A DNA stretch of 64,000 nucleotides from Longimicrobiales bacterium (GTDB lineage: Bacteria > Gemmatimonadota > Gemmatimonadetes > Longimicrobiales > Gaopeijiaceae), in the NCBI GenBank assembly GCA_965249725.1, contig CBDFMQ010000002.1, forward strand, positions 2,368,001 through 2,432,000. Reading direction: 5' to 3'. Below are positions 20,387-30,400 of this stretch, one piece after another. Under the pieces are notes generated by a model. The model was not told the origin of the DNA, ran no database searches, and worked only from the letters and a program-made list of their open reading frames with translations. Positions within the stretch are counted from its first letter, which is position 1. Each line of letters starts with the position of its first letter. The position numbers were made by a program, and so were the translations under genes.

Positions 20387-21761
20387 CTACCGCCCGCTTC
20401 CGAGTAGGATTTCTACCCGACGGTTCTGTCGCTGTCCCTGAGCCGTGCCGTTGTCGGCGACCGGCTGAGACTCGCCGGCCCCCTCTGCCTCGACCCGACC
20501 CGCAGCAAGGCCGGAGAAGTTAGCCAACAGATAATCCCGCACGGCCTGCGCCCGTCGCAGACTCAGGGCAACGTTGTACGCCTCCGGCCCCGTTGAGTCC
20601 GTGTGTCCGATGACCCGAACACGCTCCCCTGAGCGCGCAATGAGCGCACGTCCGGCCTCATCGATGCGTGGGTAGGTGTCGTTCTCGAGCTCCGCCGAGT
20701 CGTGCGCGAAGTTCACGCCTCTGAAGGTAAAGACGGCCATCTCTGGCTCCGGCTCCGGCTCCGGCTCGGGAACGGCGCAGCCGTTCGCGTCCACTTCAGT
20801 GCCGGCCGGCGTGTTCGGACAACGATCGATGCCGTCGGGCACACCGTCGCGGTCACCGTCGGTCGCACAACCGTTGGCGTCCACGAGCGCTCCGGACACG
20901 GTGTTGGGACAGCGGTCCAGGCCGTCGAACACGCCGTCATCGTCCCCATCGGTCGGGCAGCCGTTGCCGTCCACTCGAGCTCCCATCGGCGTATCGGGAC
21001 AGCGGTCCGAGTGGTCCGCCACTCCGTCCCTGTCCGAGTCCACACCACAGCCCATGGCGTCGACGGTGGCACCCATGGGAGTGTTCGGGCAGCGGTCGTC
21101 GGCGTCAGTCACCCCGTCGCCGTCCGCATCTGGCGCACCGCCACCAAGGAAGAGGGAGGCACCCACGGTGAAGCCCCATCCCCAGAAGGTCTCCTTCCCG
21201 AGGGTCGCCGCGGCGATCGCCGCCGCGGTATTGGCGAGCGCGTCGGGGGCCTGATGCATCCGGGCTTCTGCCCGGAGCGCAAGCCGGGAGGTCAATGAGA
21301 ATCGGGCCCCCGCCCCGTAGTTCAACGCAAGATCGGTCTCGGAAGCGAATCCGTCAGGGGTTCCATCTCAACGCTCCCACGCCGGCGACACCGTATGCCT
21401 GGAGCTTCTCGGTGAGGGGCACGTTGTATCCGGCCCCGATGCCGTAGAGCAACAGGTCCATATCCACATTTCGGGTCCCCGTCCGCATGACCGTGGGATA
21501 GTAGGCGCCCTCGAGGTCCAGGAAGAGCCCGGACGCAAGGTTGTACGCAACATGGGCCCCCAAGAGGACGTTGCTGGCCGGGTCGACGAATACGGAGCCG
21601 CCCGCCGCTGGATCGTACTCCGGGGCATCATCGAAGACGCCAATAAACGGAGAGATTTCCCAACCCTTGGGAACCCAGCGGTCGGAATCCTGAGCCGTCA
21701 AAGAACTCTGCGGCATCAGGAGACCGCAGGCCAGGACCAACGCGGACAACGTACGAATCAT
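20387..21761 (-). pseudogene. OmpA/OprF-like outer membrane protein (barrel, TSP3 repeats, OmpA-C), one frameshift
   Basis: ATG 21761 after AAAGGAG. Removing one base from G4 at 21357-21360 joins ...ALRWNP to DGFASETDLALNYGAG. C-terminal GHTDSTG, NVALSLRRA, NRRVE. Confidence 0.85.
20780..21135 (-). repeat. four thrombospondin type-3-like Ca-binding repeats inside the OmpA gene
   Basis: DxDxDGVxDxxDRCPxTxxGxxVDxxGC four times; followed by a PEPEPEPEPE linker (GGCTCC repeats at 20745-20768). Confidence 0.9.
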
Positions 21762-21809
21762 GGTTGATACTCCTTTATAAGAACGGTCCATCTGGTTATC
21801 GAGCGGTAC

Positions 21810-21841
21810 GGTGCAACCCCTAGAACAGTAGGGTGCAACCC
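21810..21841. promoter_or_regulatory. tandem GGTGCAACCC direct repeat upstream of ompA-pilin genes
   Basis: Exact 10-mers at 21810-21819 and 21832-21841 in an AT-richer intergenic region. Confidence 0.45.
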
Positions 21842-21916
21842 TTAAATATAAGCACACAAAGGGCTTAAGAGCAGAAAAATGGAGAAGGCCCGCCGGCTTT
21901 CGTGAAACGTCGCCCC

Positions 21917-24171
21917 TCAGGATCCGAACGTGTAGGTGTACTTCAGAATGACCGTACGTGCGTCGGTCAGAGGGAGACGAGGATTGGCCACGCCGCGATC
22001 GGTATTCAGACCCTCGTTGTAGACCAGCCACAAGTCGTTGCCCTCCCGGAAGTTGTACCGAATCCGGACGTTCGGTGTGATCAGGTCCGCAGAGGTGTTG
22101 TACTGGAGGAAGGCATTGGCCGAGACTTTCGTGTCGAGGGCCACTTGAATCTTCACGCGCGGCACGTGGACGATGAAGTCCTGATCCAGATCGGGGAACG
22201 TGGCCCACGCGATCTGATAGTCGGCCCCCAACTCCAGATTCCTAGACACGTTCCAGGTCGGTGCCAGAGTGAAATTCACCCGCCAACCGTCGTAGAACGC
22301 TCCAGCCTCGAAATTCGTGTTGAAGCTGAGTAATGACGAGCGCGACTTGTTGTAGCCGACGTTGAGCGTCCAGAACTCGTAGCGCCCTGCCGGGATCTCC
22401 ACGTCGTCCGGCAGTGCGAGCGGCTCTGCCAGATCTTCGATATTCCCCTCCAAGCCGACCCACCCTCGCGTACCGCTCTTGAGCTGGTAGTTGAACCAAC
22501 TCCCGAACGCGGCCGACTCGATCGATCCGTCTTCGTTCCGAAGCCAGAGGTCGCCGGTCAGGAGGTTGGGAGTGACCGATGTGAACCGGGAGTCCTCACC
22601 CGGAAGCCAACCATACCCCAACCGTCCGATCAACGCGGTGACACCGTTGCGTTGAACGAAACCCATACCCGGCGTGAAGTCGCCACCCAGATAATTCACC
22701 TGTGCCTGGTAAAAGAGGCCTTGCTGGGTGCGTCTCTCCCAGAACGCCCGGAACATGGCGGCGCGGCTGAAATCGAAACCCGTCTGGTCCGCGACCTCGT
22801 CGTCGAAGCTCTGGGCCCACTGCAACGTGAGATACTCATCGCCCACCAGTCGCAAAATGCCGTCGGCAGCGTACACTACGTTGTAGCGACCGTCGGTTCC
22901 GACCCGGCTGGTGACCATGGTTCCGGCATACGAGAACGGGTTGAAGAGCTGCCTGCGGAGACGCAGCACACCGAAGTTCTCCGAGGCGAGATCATCCGAC
23001 TCGCCGGTCTGCAGGTTCATGAGGCCCACATCCCACGAACCCACACGGCCAACCATCCGCCCGCCGCCCAGCAGGCGCACCTGCTCACCGTTGTGGAGTC
23101 CGATCTGGCGGGAGTGGAAAAGGCGGTCCGTCTGGCCCGTACGGAACTCGAACGTGCCGGCCCGCTCCTGAAAGAACTGACGTTTCTCGGGAAAGAAGAG
23201 TGAGAAGCGCGTGAGGTTCACCTGCTGATCGTCGGCCTCCACCTGGGCGAAGTCGGTGTTGACCGTGACGTCGAGCGTGAGATTGTCGCGCAGGCTGTAC
23301 TTGAGGTCGAGCCCGATCTCCCGCTGCGTGTCGCTCTCCAGGTCGTACTGAGATGCGCCCTCGGGGAGTCGGGATTCCTGACCCAATCCGGCGAGAGCGT
23401 AGGGGGTGATATAGAGAGGCTTCTGACTGGCGACCCCCTGCAGCACGATCTTCCGGGCGTTGGAGGGCTTGGCGTAGGCCCACGACTGATCGGGCGAAAT
23501 GTCCGGGAAGATCTGCCTCTCGCTCCTGCGGGCTAGATAACGCTGCACGATCAGACCCATCTCGACGCGTCCGTCCAGGTCCTGGAAACCTAGGCTGGAG
23601 TAGGGCACCCTGAATCCGCGAACCAACCTGATTCGTTCCGAGTCACCGCTACGTCCCAGTACGTATTCCAGCTACTCTCGAACGGGTACGCACCCCAGGA
23701 CTCGGCGTTGGCGTCACCCGTTACGGTCTGATCGAACCGCACCCCAGCCGGGTTCGTGTAGAACCAGAGGGCGTTCTCGTTGTCGTTGAAGGTGTCGAGA
23801 ATGAACCCGAACGTGTCGTCGCCACTCCAGCGATCTCGATAGAGGGAGTTCTCGCGAACGCCGTCCGGGTCGGAGTCGTAGAGGTGACCCGCCACGTAGA
23901 GATAATCGTCGTCGTAGGCGACCCGAACCTCCGTGCGCTCCGTCGGAGTCCCGCCATAGGTGGGCGTGTGCATGACGAGCGGCAGCGGATCGATCCGCTG
24001 CCAGGCCGCCTCGTCGGGAACTCCATCGAGCGTGATTGGGCCGTCGATCCTGGGCAGGCCCAACGGCTCCTGGGCGGCTGCGCTGACCGGGCAAGCACAC
24101 AGCAACAGGAGGACCCGGAAAACCGTCGCCTCGCTGACCCGACGACCCGCCTCCATGCTCGTATCTGCCAT
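21917..24171 (-). pseudogene. DUF5916 / CBM9-like-domain outer membrane protein, one frameshift
   Basis: LDGVPDEAAW, TEVRVAYDDDYLYV, NTDFAQVEAD, FPEKRQFF. One base missing near 23614 splits GWFA(E)FRVPYSSL. Start 24171 or 24156. Confidence 0.8.
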
Positions 24172-24280
24172 GTGATAAGGCTCGTTAGGAACGCCGCCTC
24201 TGGCAACGGGTGGAAAGGACCCCAACCGTGTGCGTTCTGGTACTAGAAGGGAGTACGCAATTCCGAATTGGGAGTGGACG

Positions 24281-24883
24281 ATGACGAGGAATATACTGAT
24301 CGCCCTAGCGATGTTGTCGGCGGCCGCTGCCTCAGGCGCCCAAGAGACACAGACTCTGCTTGGAAGCGACATACGGCACGGCGGTTTCGGGGGGCCGGTG
24401 GTGAAGTTCACCCAGGTCGATGGTGAATTCGGTGTCCTGGTGGGTGGACGCGGCGGATGGATCATCAACGACTCGTTCGTGCTCGGAGCAGGCGGCTACG
24501 GGCTGGTCAACGAGGGCAGCTTCGACAACTACTTCGACGTCGTCGGAGATCGTTGGAAGCTGCTCATGGGATACGGCGGCCTCGAGATGGAGTACATACT
24601 CAGGCCCAACGAAGTCGCTCACGTCTCCCTTGCCGTTTTAGTCGGAGCAGGGGGTGTGCTGTGGGATCCCTTTGGTTGGGATCATCACAACTGGGAGGAC
24701 GATGTCGACGCCTTCTTCGTCGCCGAGCCCGAACTGAATGTGCTGTTCAACGTGACGAAGCACTTTAGAGTCGGCCTTGGCGGATCATTCCGATTCGTGG
24801 GCGACGTGGAACTGAACACCCTGGACAACGGCGATATCGCCGGGCCCGCAGGGGTAGTGACGATCAAGCTCGGGGGGTTTTAG
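24281..24883 (+). CDS. secreted putative beta-barrel hypothetical protein
   Basis: ATG 24281 after GGGAG; signal peptide; HGGFGGP, GGRGGW, GYGG; C-terminal Phe. Confidence 0.75.
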   Translation: MTRNILIALAMLSAAAASGAQETQTLLGSDIRHGGFGGPVVKFTQVDGEFGVLVGGRGGWIINDSFVLGAGGYGLVNEGSFDNYFDVVGDRWKLLMGYGGLEMEYILRPNEVAHVSLAVLVGAGGVLWDPFGWDHHNWEDDVDAFFVAEPELNVLFNVTKHFRVGLGGSFRFVGDVELNTLDNGDIAGPAGVVTIKLGGF

Positions 24884-24945
24884 TCGGACAAGCCGCCGGG
24901 CCGTTTCGCCGGGCCCGCCACACGGGTGCAATCGTCCTGCGGATC

Positions 24946-25470
24946 TTGACGGCGGTCCTGGCCGTGGCGGTGGCGGCCCGGATCAGCGTTCCCATCCCGG
25001 GCTCCCCGGTGCCGCAGAGCCTTCAGACGCTCGCCGTGCTGCTGGTGGGGTTCTTCCTAGGGGGGCGGAACGGAGCACTCGCCTTGGCGGCGTACCTCCT
25101 CCTCGGCGCATCAGGCGCTCCGGTCTTCGCGGATGGCGCAGCCGGATGGACTCACCTGGTCGGCCCAACCGCTGGCTATCTGATCGGCTTCGCGGTGGCG
25201 GCGGGGTGGGTGGGATGGCTGGCGGAGGGCGGCCGCCTCAGCCGATTTGCTCCGGCCTTCGGAGCCATGCTCGTCGGCCACGCCGCGATCCTACTGCTCG
25301 GCTGGGCGAGGTTGGGGGCCACCCTCGGTTACGTCTCGGCTTTCGAGCAGGGCGTGGCTCCATTCCTGGTGGGAGGAGCGGTCAAGTCGGCCGTCGGCGC
25401 CGCGATGGCTGTTGCGGCCCTCCGGCTCGGATGGCACCGAGGCGCCGACACCCCTGCGGCCGACGTATGA
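24946..25470 (+). CDS. bioY: biotin transporter BioY
   Basis: SPVPQSLQT, YLLLGASGAPVF, GPTAGYLIGF; start uncertain. Confidence 0.9.
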   Translation: MTAVLAVAVAARISVPIPGSPVPQSLQTLAVLLVGFFLGGRNGALALAAYLLLGASGAPVFADGAAGWTHLVGPTAGYLIGFAVAAGWVGWLAEGGRLSRFAPAFGAMLVGHAAILLLGWARLGATLGYVSAFEQGVAPFLVGGAVKSAVGAAMAVAALRLGWHRGADTPAADV

Positions 25471-25478
25471 GGTCGGGG

Positions 25479-27227
25479 TCAGTCCGGGAGGAACTCCCCC
25501 AGGTCGAGTAGCTCGATGTCGTCGCGCGCCCTCAGGCGCTCCAGCAACCAGTATTTGTGCCCCGCCCCGAACGTCACGAGAATCCGTTGGCCGCGGTGCT
25601 CGGCGAGGGTCCGGTCCACGTAGCGGTAGTGCTCCACGTTGATGTTGGTCCAGCCCCCCGGACCGATCAGATCGTTCTGATATTCGTCGTAGAGCCCCAA
25701 CTCGCCTTTCTTCCGACGGTCGTACTCGTCCGAATGGAGATAAGCGGGATCGTCCGCGGCGGCGGGCAGTTCACCGAAGCCGACGGTCAGATCAGAAAGG
25801 CGGCGCGCGTACTCCTCCCGCGGCCCCCTCCACCGGGCATCGGAGTCGAACTCGGCGATGCGGGCCACTCGGAGATCCGACATCTCGAGCGTCCACCCCG
25901 CACAAGGGACGACCGAGAACCCCATGGACGCCGAAAGCCTCAGCATCAGGTCGGTGTACTCGGGAAAGCGCAGCACCCGCGGATCCTCGATCGCGTCTCT
26001 CTCACGCAGATCTCGTTCGATGCGATCCCAACGGTCGGGAGCGATCTCGGCACACACGATGTCGGGCTCGAAATTGCGAATCGTCTGCTCGACCTGATCG
26101 AGGCCCCAGAGCCGGCTCGTTCGGTGCTCCGAGTGGATCATGCCCATGACCGCCACCTCGGTGATGCCCGCCTCTTCATCGGCATCGCTCGTGCTGCTCG
26201 TCCCGGTCGTGGCCGTCGGGTCGGTGGGAATGTTGCGTGGGTCATCCCTCCACGAGTCAGGAATCGAGACGACTGTCAGCCGATGCACGCCCTCGGAGGA
26301 AACCCACAGCTCACTCCCGGAGGGATGGACCGCCATCACGATCGGTATGTCGGGCATCGGGATCCGTTGGATCACACTGCGATCGGCCAAGTCGATCACC
26401 GAGACGTCGTGGCTGGCCGTGTTGTTCACAAAAGCCAGGCGTCCGTTCGGGGCCACCACAATCGAGAAGGGGGACTCCCCGATCCCCTCGGTCAGTTCAT
26501 CCACCATTAGGTGGGACGCGGTGTTGATGAACGCCACGCGATTCTCGCCGCGCACCACGACCGCGTAGTCGATGTCGTCCGGGAGGACCGCTCCCCCGCT
26601 CGGATTGGTCCCCACAGAGAGGGTCTCCAGGACGCGGTTGTTGAAGAGATCGATGACGGTGACCGATCCGTCGGCATAGCCCGGTATGAACGCCACTCGC
26701 CCATCCGAAGTGGCCGCACCCGGAAAGGGGCGGTCGCCGGTCGGATAACTCGCGACGAACGAGAACGCGGAAGCGTCGAAGACGTGAACGGAGTCGGCCT
26801 GCTCGATCGAGACCAAGTAGCGATCTCCCGGATACGGGCCCGTGATCAAAGAGGCTCCGGCACTCGTGCCCCGGTCCCCACCGAGCGGACTTCCAGTTCG
26901 GGCGTATCGGACGATCCCCCCTGCCTCGAACCGGGCTACGGCAAGGTCCTTCCCGTTCGGAAGGGGGATGACACCGAGGGGCGTTCCCGGCGTCGGGATG
27001 GTGCCCGCAATCTCATATCGGACGGCGTCGATGACGGTGATCCGGTCCTCCCCCGCCGTCGCGACATACGCTGTGCGCCCATCCTCGGAGAACGAGATCT
27101 GGTGGGGGTTCTGCCCCACGTCGAGCTGGGCAACCACTTCGAATTCATCGGTCGAGGTGGTCGATCCACCCCCGCAGGCCGCCAGAAAGAGGCACAACGG
27201 AGCGAGTTTGCGGGTTGCTTTATTCAT
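25479..27227 (-). CDS. lipoprotein: YVTN/YncE beta-propeller fused to TraB/TIKI-like domain
   Basis: LAAC lipobox; propeller repeats (VGQNPH, SVTVID, DVSVID); T/S-rich linker; C-domain VMGMIH...CAE...TFGAGH. Confidence 0.75.
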   Translation of the reverse strand: MNKATRKLAPLCLFLAACGGGSTTSTDEFEVVAQLDVGQNPHQISFSEDGRTAYVATAGEDRITVIDAVRYEIAGTIPTPGTPLGVIPLPNGKDLAVARFEAGGIVRYARTGSPLGGDRGTSAGASLITGPYPGDRYLVSIEQADSVHVFDASAFSFVASYPTGDRPFPGAATSDGRVAFIPGYADGSVTVIDLFNNRVLETLSVGTNPSGGAVLPDDIDYAVVVRGENRVAFINTASHLMVDELTEGIGESPFSIVVAPNGRLAFVNNTASHDVSVIDLADRSVIQRIPMPDIPIVMAVHPSGSELWVSSEGVHRLTVVSIPDSWRDDPRNIPTDPTATTGTSSTSDADEEAGITEVAVMGMIHSEHRTSRLWGLDQVEQTIRNFEPDIVCAEIAPDRWDRIERDLRERDAIEDPRVLRFPEYTDLMLRLSASMGFSVVPCAGWTLEMSDLRVARIAEFDSDARWRGPREEYARRLSDLTVGFGELPAAADDPAYLHSDEYDRRKKGELGLYDEYQNDLIGPGGWTNINVEHYRYVDRTLAEHRGQRILVTFGAGHKYWLLERLRARDDIELLDLGEFLPD

Positions 27228-27387
27228 CCGGCAGCTTGTCGACGGGAGGGCTCACGGGCAAGCCGCGTATGTACCCTGCCCTCTTTGAGTCTCAACGTTT
27301 TATCTTAGGAGTCTGTCCGGGCTTGGGGGGAAACACCGCCGCACCCCCGATTGACGGACGTTAGCTATTCTCCGGACATAGGTACCG

Positions 27388-30174
27388 ATGCGCATATATA
27401 CATCGTGGCCGAGCACCCTCGTCGCGCTTGCCCTGATTCTCCTCCCGGCCGAGGTCGTTGGCCAGGTGTCCAACGGACCTGCCGAGAGCAAGCACTCGAC
27501 CTTCATGAGCGGCGCCGCACTGCAGCCGCACTCCGAGGCTCCAGAAGCCCAGGCGATCCGCGCCACTATGGGTATCGAGGTGGACGGACGGCACGACGAA
27601 GCCATTTGGCTGCAGGCGCCTGCCATTACGGAGTTCACCCAGAACGATCCGAATGAGGGCCTGCCCATCAGCGAGCCCACCGAGGTCCGGTTCCTCTACG
27701 ACGACGACGCCCTATACATCGGTGGATGGTTCTACGACTCGGAGCCCGTCACGACGCGACTGGCGCGTCGGGATGCCCGCGTCTCGGATTCGGACTTCTT
27801 CGTCATCTACCTCGACAGCTATCACGATCACCAGACTGCCTATCGCTTCGCAACGAACCCGTCCGGCATGAAACGGGACGAGATCGAGTCGGGACGCGGG
27901 TTCGGCGGCAGAGGGTTCGGCGGTGGGGACACATCTTGGGATCCGATCTGGGATGTAGAGACGTCCATTACCGACGAGGGCTGGTTCGTGGAGATCCGAA
28001 TCCCCTTCAGCCAGCTACGGTTCAGCCCTGCGGAGAATCAGACGTGGGGCATCCAGGTGCAACGAGCCATCAACCGTAGGCAGGAACGGGCCGACTTCTC
28101 GTTTACGTCCAAGCTCGACCAGGGCGGTGTCGCGCGGTACGGGCACCTTACCGGAATCCGGGGGGTCGGTGGCGGGAAGAAGCTGGAGTTGCTGCCCTAC
28201 GTGGGTATGAGCGCCGAGTACATCCCCCAGGACGTCAGCTCTGAAGTGAGCTTCACCAACCCGTTCCGCTCGGGCTCCGACTACTTCAGTCGGACCGGAT
28301 TGGACATGAAGTACCGCCTCGGCTCCAACCTCACGGTCGACGCCACGGTGAACCCGGATTTCGGACAGGTCGAGGTGGACCCGGCCGTGATCAACCTCAC
28401 GGCGTTCGAGACGCGCTTCCAGGAGCGCCGCCCCTTCTTCGTGGAGGGTGCCGAGATCTTCGAGTTCGCCACGGGCGGACCGAGGGGTAGCACGGGCCGG
28501 GCTCCCGAGATCATCTACTCGCGCCGGATCGGACGGCGGCCTCAAGGGAGCGTGTCGTCCGACGCCGCGTACTCCGACGCACCCGTTGCCACCACGATTG
28601 TCGGGGCTGCCAAGATCACCGGGAAGGTGGGGAACGGGTGGTCCCTGGGATTGCTGGAGGCCGTGACCGGACGTGAGTCAGCCCCGTACATCGACGAATC
28701 AGGTGTCAACGGCAACTCCGTCGTGGAGCCGTCCGCCAACTACTTCCTCGGCCGCATCCGCAAAGACATGCGGGCCGGGCAAACGCGCATCGGGGCCCTC
28801 GCCAGCGCTGTCAATCGGGACATCACCGACCCTGACCTCGCCGAGGATCTCCGCACGGCCGCGTATACGACCGGACTGGATTTCCAGCATGAATGGGCGG
28901 ACCGCACATGGAAGCTCAACGGCGCCTTCGCTTCGAGCTTCGTCCAGGGCAGCGAAGACGCGTTGATCCGTACCCAGCGCTCGTCGGCCCGCTACTTCCA
29001 GCGCCCCGACGCCGACTACCTGAACGTGGACTCGACGGCGACCTCGATGGGCGGGTACTACGCCATGGTCGACCTGAACAAGCAGGCCGGATACGTACAG
29101 ATGAAGTTCGCCATGGCCGCCGTGAGCCCGGGGTATGAGGTCAACGACATGGGCTTCCAGACGGAGACCGACCGGTTCATCATCGATACCGATGTCTCCT
29201 ACCAGCAGCCGCGGCCCGGACGGTACTTCCGGAACTGGCGCGTGTGGGGCAGCCCGGACGCCAAATGGAACTCGAACGGCGACCTGATCTTCGCGAACTT
29301 CAACAGCAACTTATTCTACCAACTCGTCAACTACTGGGGCGGGTCCCTGCGGGTCGCCCACGACTTCGCGACCGACGACGACCGCCTGACGCGGGGTGGA
29401 CCCTTGGCCAGGCGTCCGAGCCAATGGTCCGGCAACATCAGCCTCAACTCCGACTCCCGGAAGGCGCTGAGCATGAGAACGCGCTACAACTGGGAGTCTC
29501 AGGAGGACGGCTCCTGGCAGCACAGCGCGAACGTCGACTTCACCTACAAGTCTGGTGAGAAGGTCGAGATACGTCTGGGACCCGACTTCAGGCGCAACTT
29601 CACGGCCTCACAGTATGTCACGTCCGTAAGTGACCCGCTTGCGACCGCCACGTACGGTCGTCGCTACGTGTTCGCACCCCTCGACCAGACCACGGTCTCA
29701 CTCGAGACCCGGCTGAACATCACCGTCTCTCCGACACTCACCTTCGAGCTCTTCGCCCAACCGCTTCTCTCCCGAGGCAACTACGGGGGACTGAAGGAGT
29801 ACAGCGAACCCGGGACCCTCGACTTCAAAACGTACGGCAGCGAGGTCGGCACCATCGGACGGGGCACGGACGGATACTACGTGGTGGACCCGGACGGATC
29901 AGGAGGTGCCGAGTCATTCTCCGTGAGCGACCGGGATTTCAACTTCCGGAGCCTTCGCGGCAACGCCGTCCTACGCTGGGAGTGGAGCCCGGGCTCGACG
30001 CTGTTCCTGGTCTGGCAGCAGAGCCGTTCCCACCGGATCCGCGGCTCCGACTACGATCAGGAGAGCTACGACGGAGTCGGCACTTTCGACCTGGGCAACG
30101 ACGCGGGCGAGCTGTTCGATCTCACGCCGGACAACATCTTCCTGGTCAAGGTGAACTACTGGCTGAACATGTAG
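27388..30174 (+). CDS. DUF5916 / CBM9-like-domain outer membrane protein
   Basis: VDGRHDEAIW, TEVRFLYDDDALYI, NPDFGQVEVD, ERRPFFVEG, YSRRIG, LRWEWSPGS, KVNYW. Confidence 0.88.
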   Translation: MRIYTSWPSTLVALALILLPAEVVGQVSNGPAESKHSTFMSGAALQPHSEAPEAQAIRATMGIEVDGRHDEAIWLQAPAITEFTQNDPNEGLPISEPTEVRFLYDDDALYIGGWFYDSEPVTTRLARRDARVSDSDFFVIYLDSYHDHQTAYRFATNPSGMKRDEIESGRGFGGRGFGGGDTSWDPIWDVETSITDEGWFVEIRIPFSQLRFSPAENQTWGIQVQRAINRRQERADFSFTSKLDQGGVARYGHLTGIRGVGGGKKLELLPYVGMSAEYIPQDVSSEVSFTNPFRSGSDYFSRTGLDMKYRLGSNLTVDATVNPDFGQVEVDPAVINLTAFETRFQERRPFFVEGAEIFEFATGGPRGSTGRAPEIIYSRRIGRRPQGSVSSDAAYSDAPVATTIVGAAKITGKVGNGWSLGLLEAVTGRESAPYIDESGVNGNSVVEPSANYFLGRIRKDMRAGQTRIGALASAVNRDITDPDLAEDLRTAAYTTGLDFQHEWADRTWKLNGAFASSFVQGSEDALIRTQRSSARYFQRPDADYLNVDSTATSMGGYYAMVDLNKQAGYVQMKFAMAAVSPGYEVNDMGFQTETDRFIIDTDVSYQQPRPGRYFRNWRVWGSPDAKWNSNGDLIFANFNSNLFYQLVNYWGGSLRVAHDFATDDDRLTRGGPLARRPSQWSGNISLNSDSRKALSMRTRYNWESQEDGSWQHSANVDFTYKSGEKVEIRLGPDFRRNFTASQYVTSVSDPLATATYGRRYVFAPLDQTTVSLETRLNITVSPTLTFELFAQPLLSRGNYGGLKEYSEPGTLDFKTYGSEVGTIGRGTDGYYVVDPDGSGGAESFSVSDRDFNFRSLRGNAVLRWEWSPGSTLFLVWQQSRSHRIRGSDYDQESYDGVGTFDLGNDAGELFDLTPDNIFLVKVNYWLNM

Positions 30175-30196
30175 CTGGGGGGCAGAGCGACTACGC

Positions 30197-30358
30197 TCAG
30201 GGCAGGAACCGCTTGATGGCACGCTGGGTGGCGTAGAGCCCGACGCCGGTCCCCACCATGCTGACGATGAACGCGGTGAAGAAGGAGATTGGAGCCCCGA
30301 GCGCCCATCCCGCCCAGCCGCCCGCGGACATGCCCATCAGATTGAGAAAGCCCTTCAT
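30197..30358 (-). CDS. small two-helix membrane protein (53 aa)
   Basis: Manual translation MKGFLNLMGMSAGGWAGWALGAPISFFTAFIVSMVGTGVGLYATQRAIKRFLP; below the ORF-track cutoff. Confidence 0.65.
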   Translation of the reverse strand: MKGFLNLMGMSAGGWAGWALGAPISFFTAFIVSMVGTGVGLYATQRAIKRFLP

Positions 30359-30400
30359 GGACTCAGCATGCCGGCCCGGGTCCCGGACAGCAAGGAACCG

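Noticed and set aside
20780..21135. Roughly 90-bp periodic repeats considered as a CRISPR array
   Set aside because: Degenerate in-frame coding repeats (TSP3-like) in ompA; no invariant repeat-spacer structure and no cas genes
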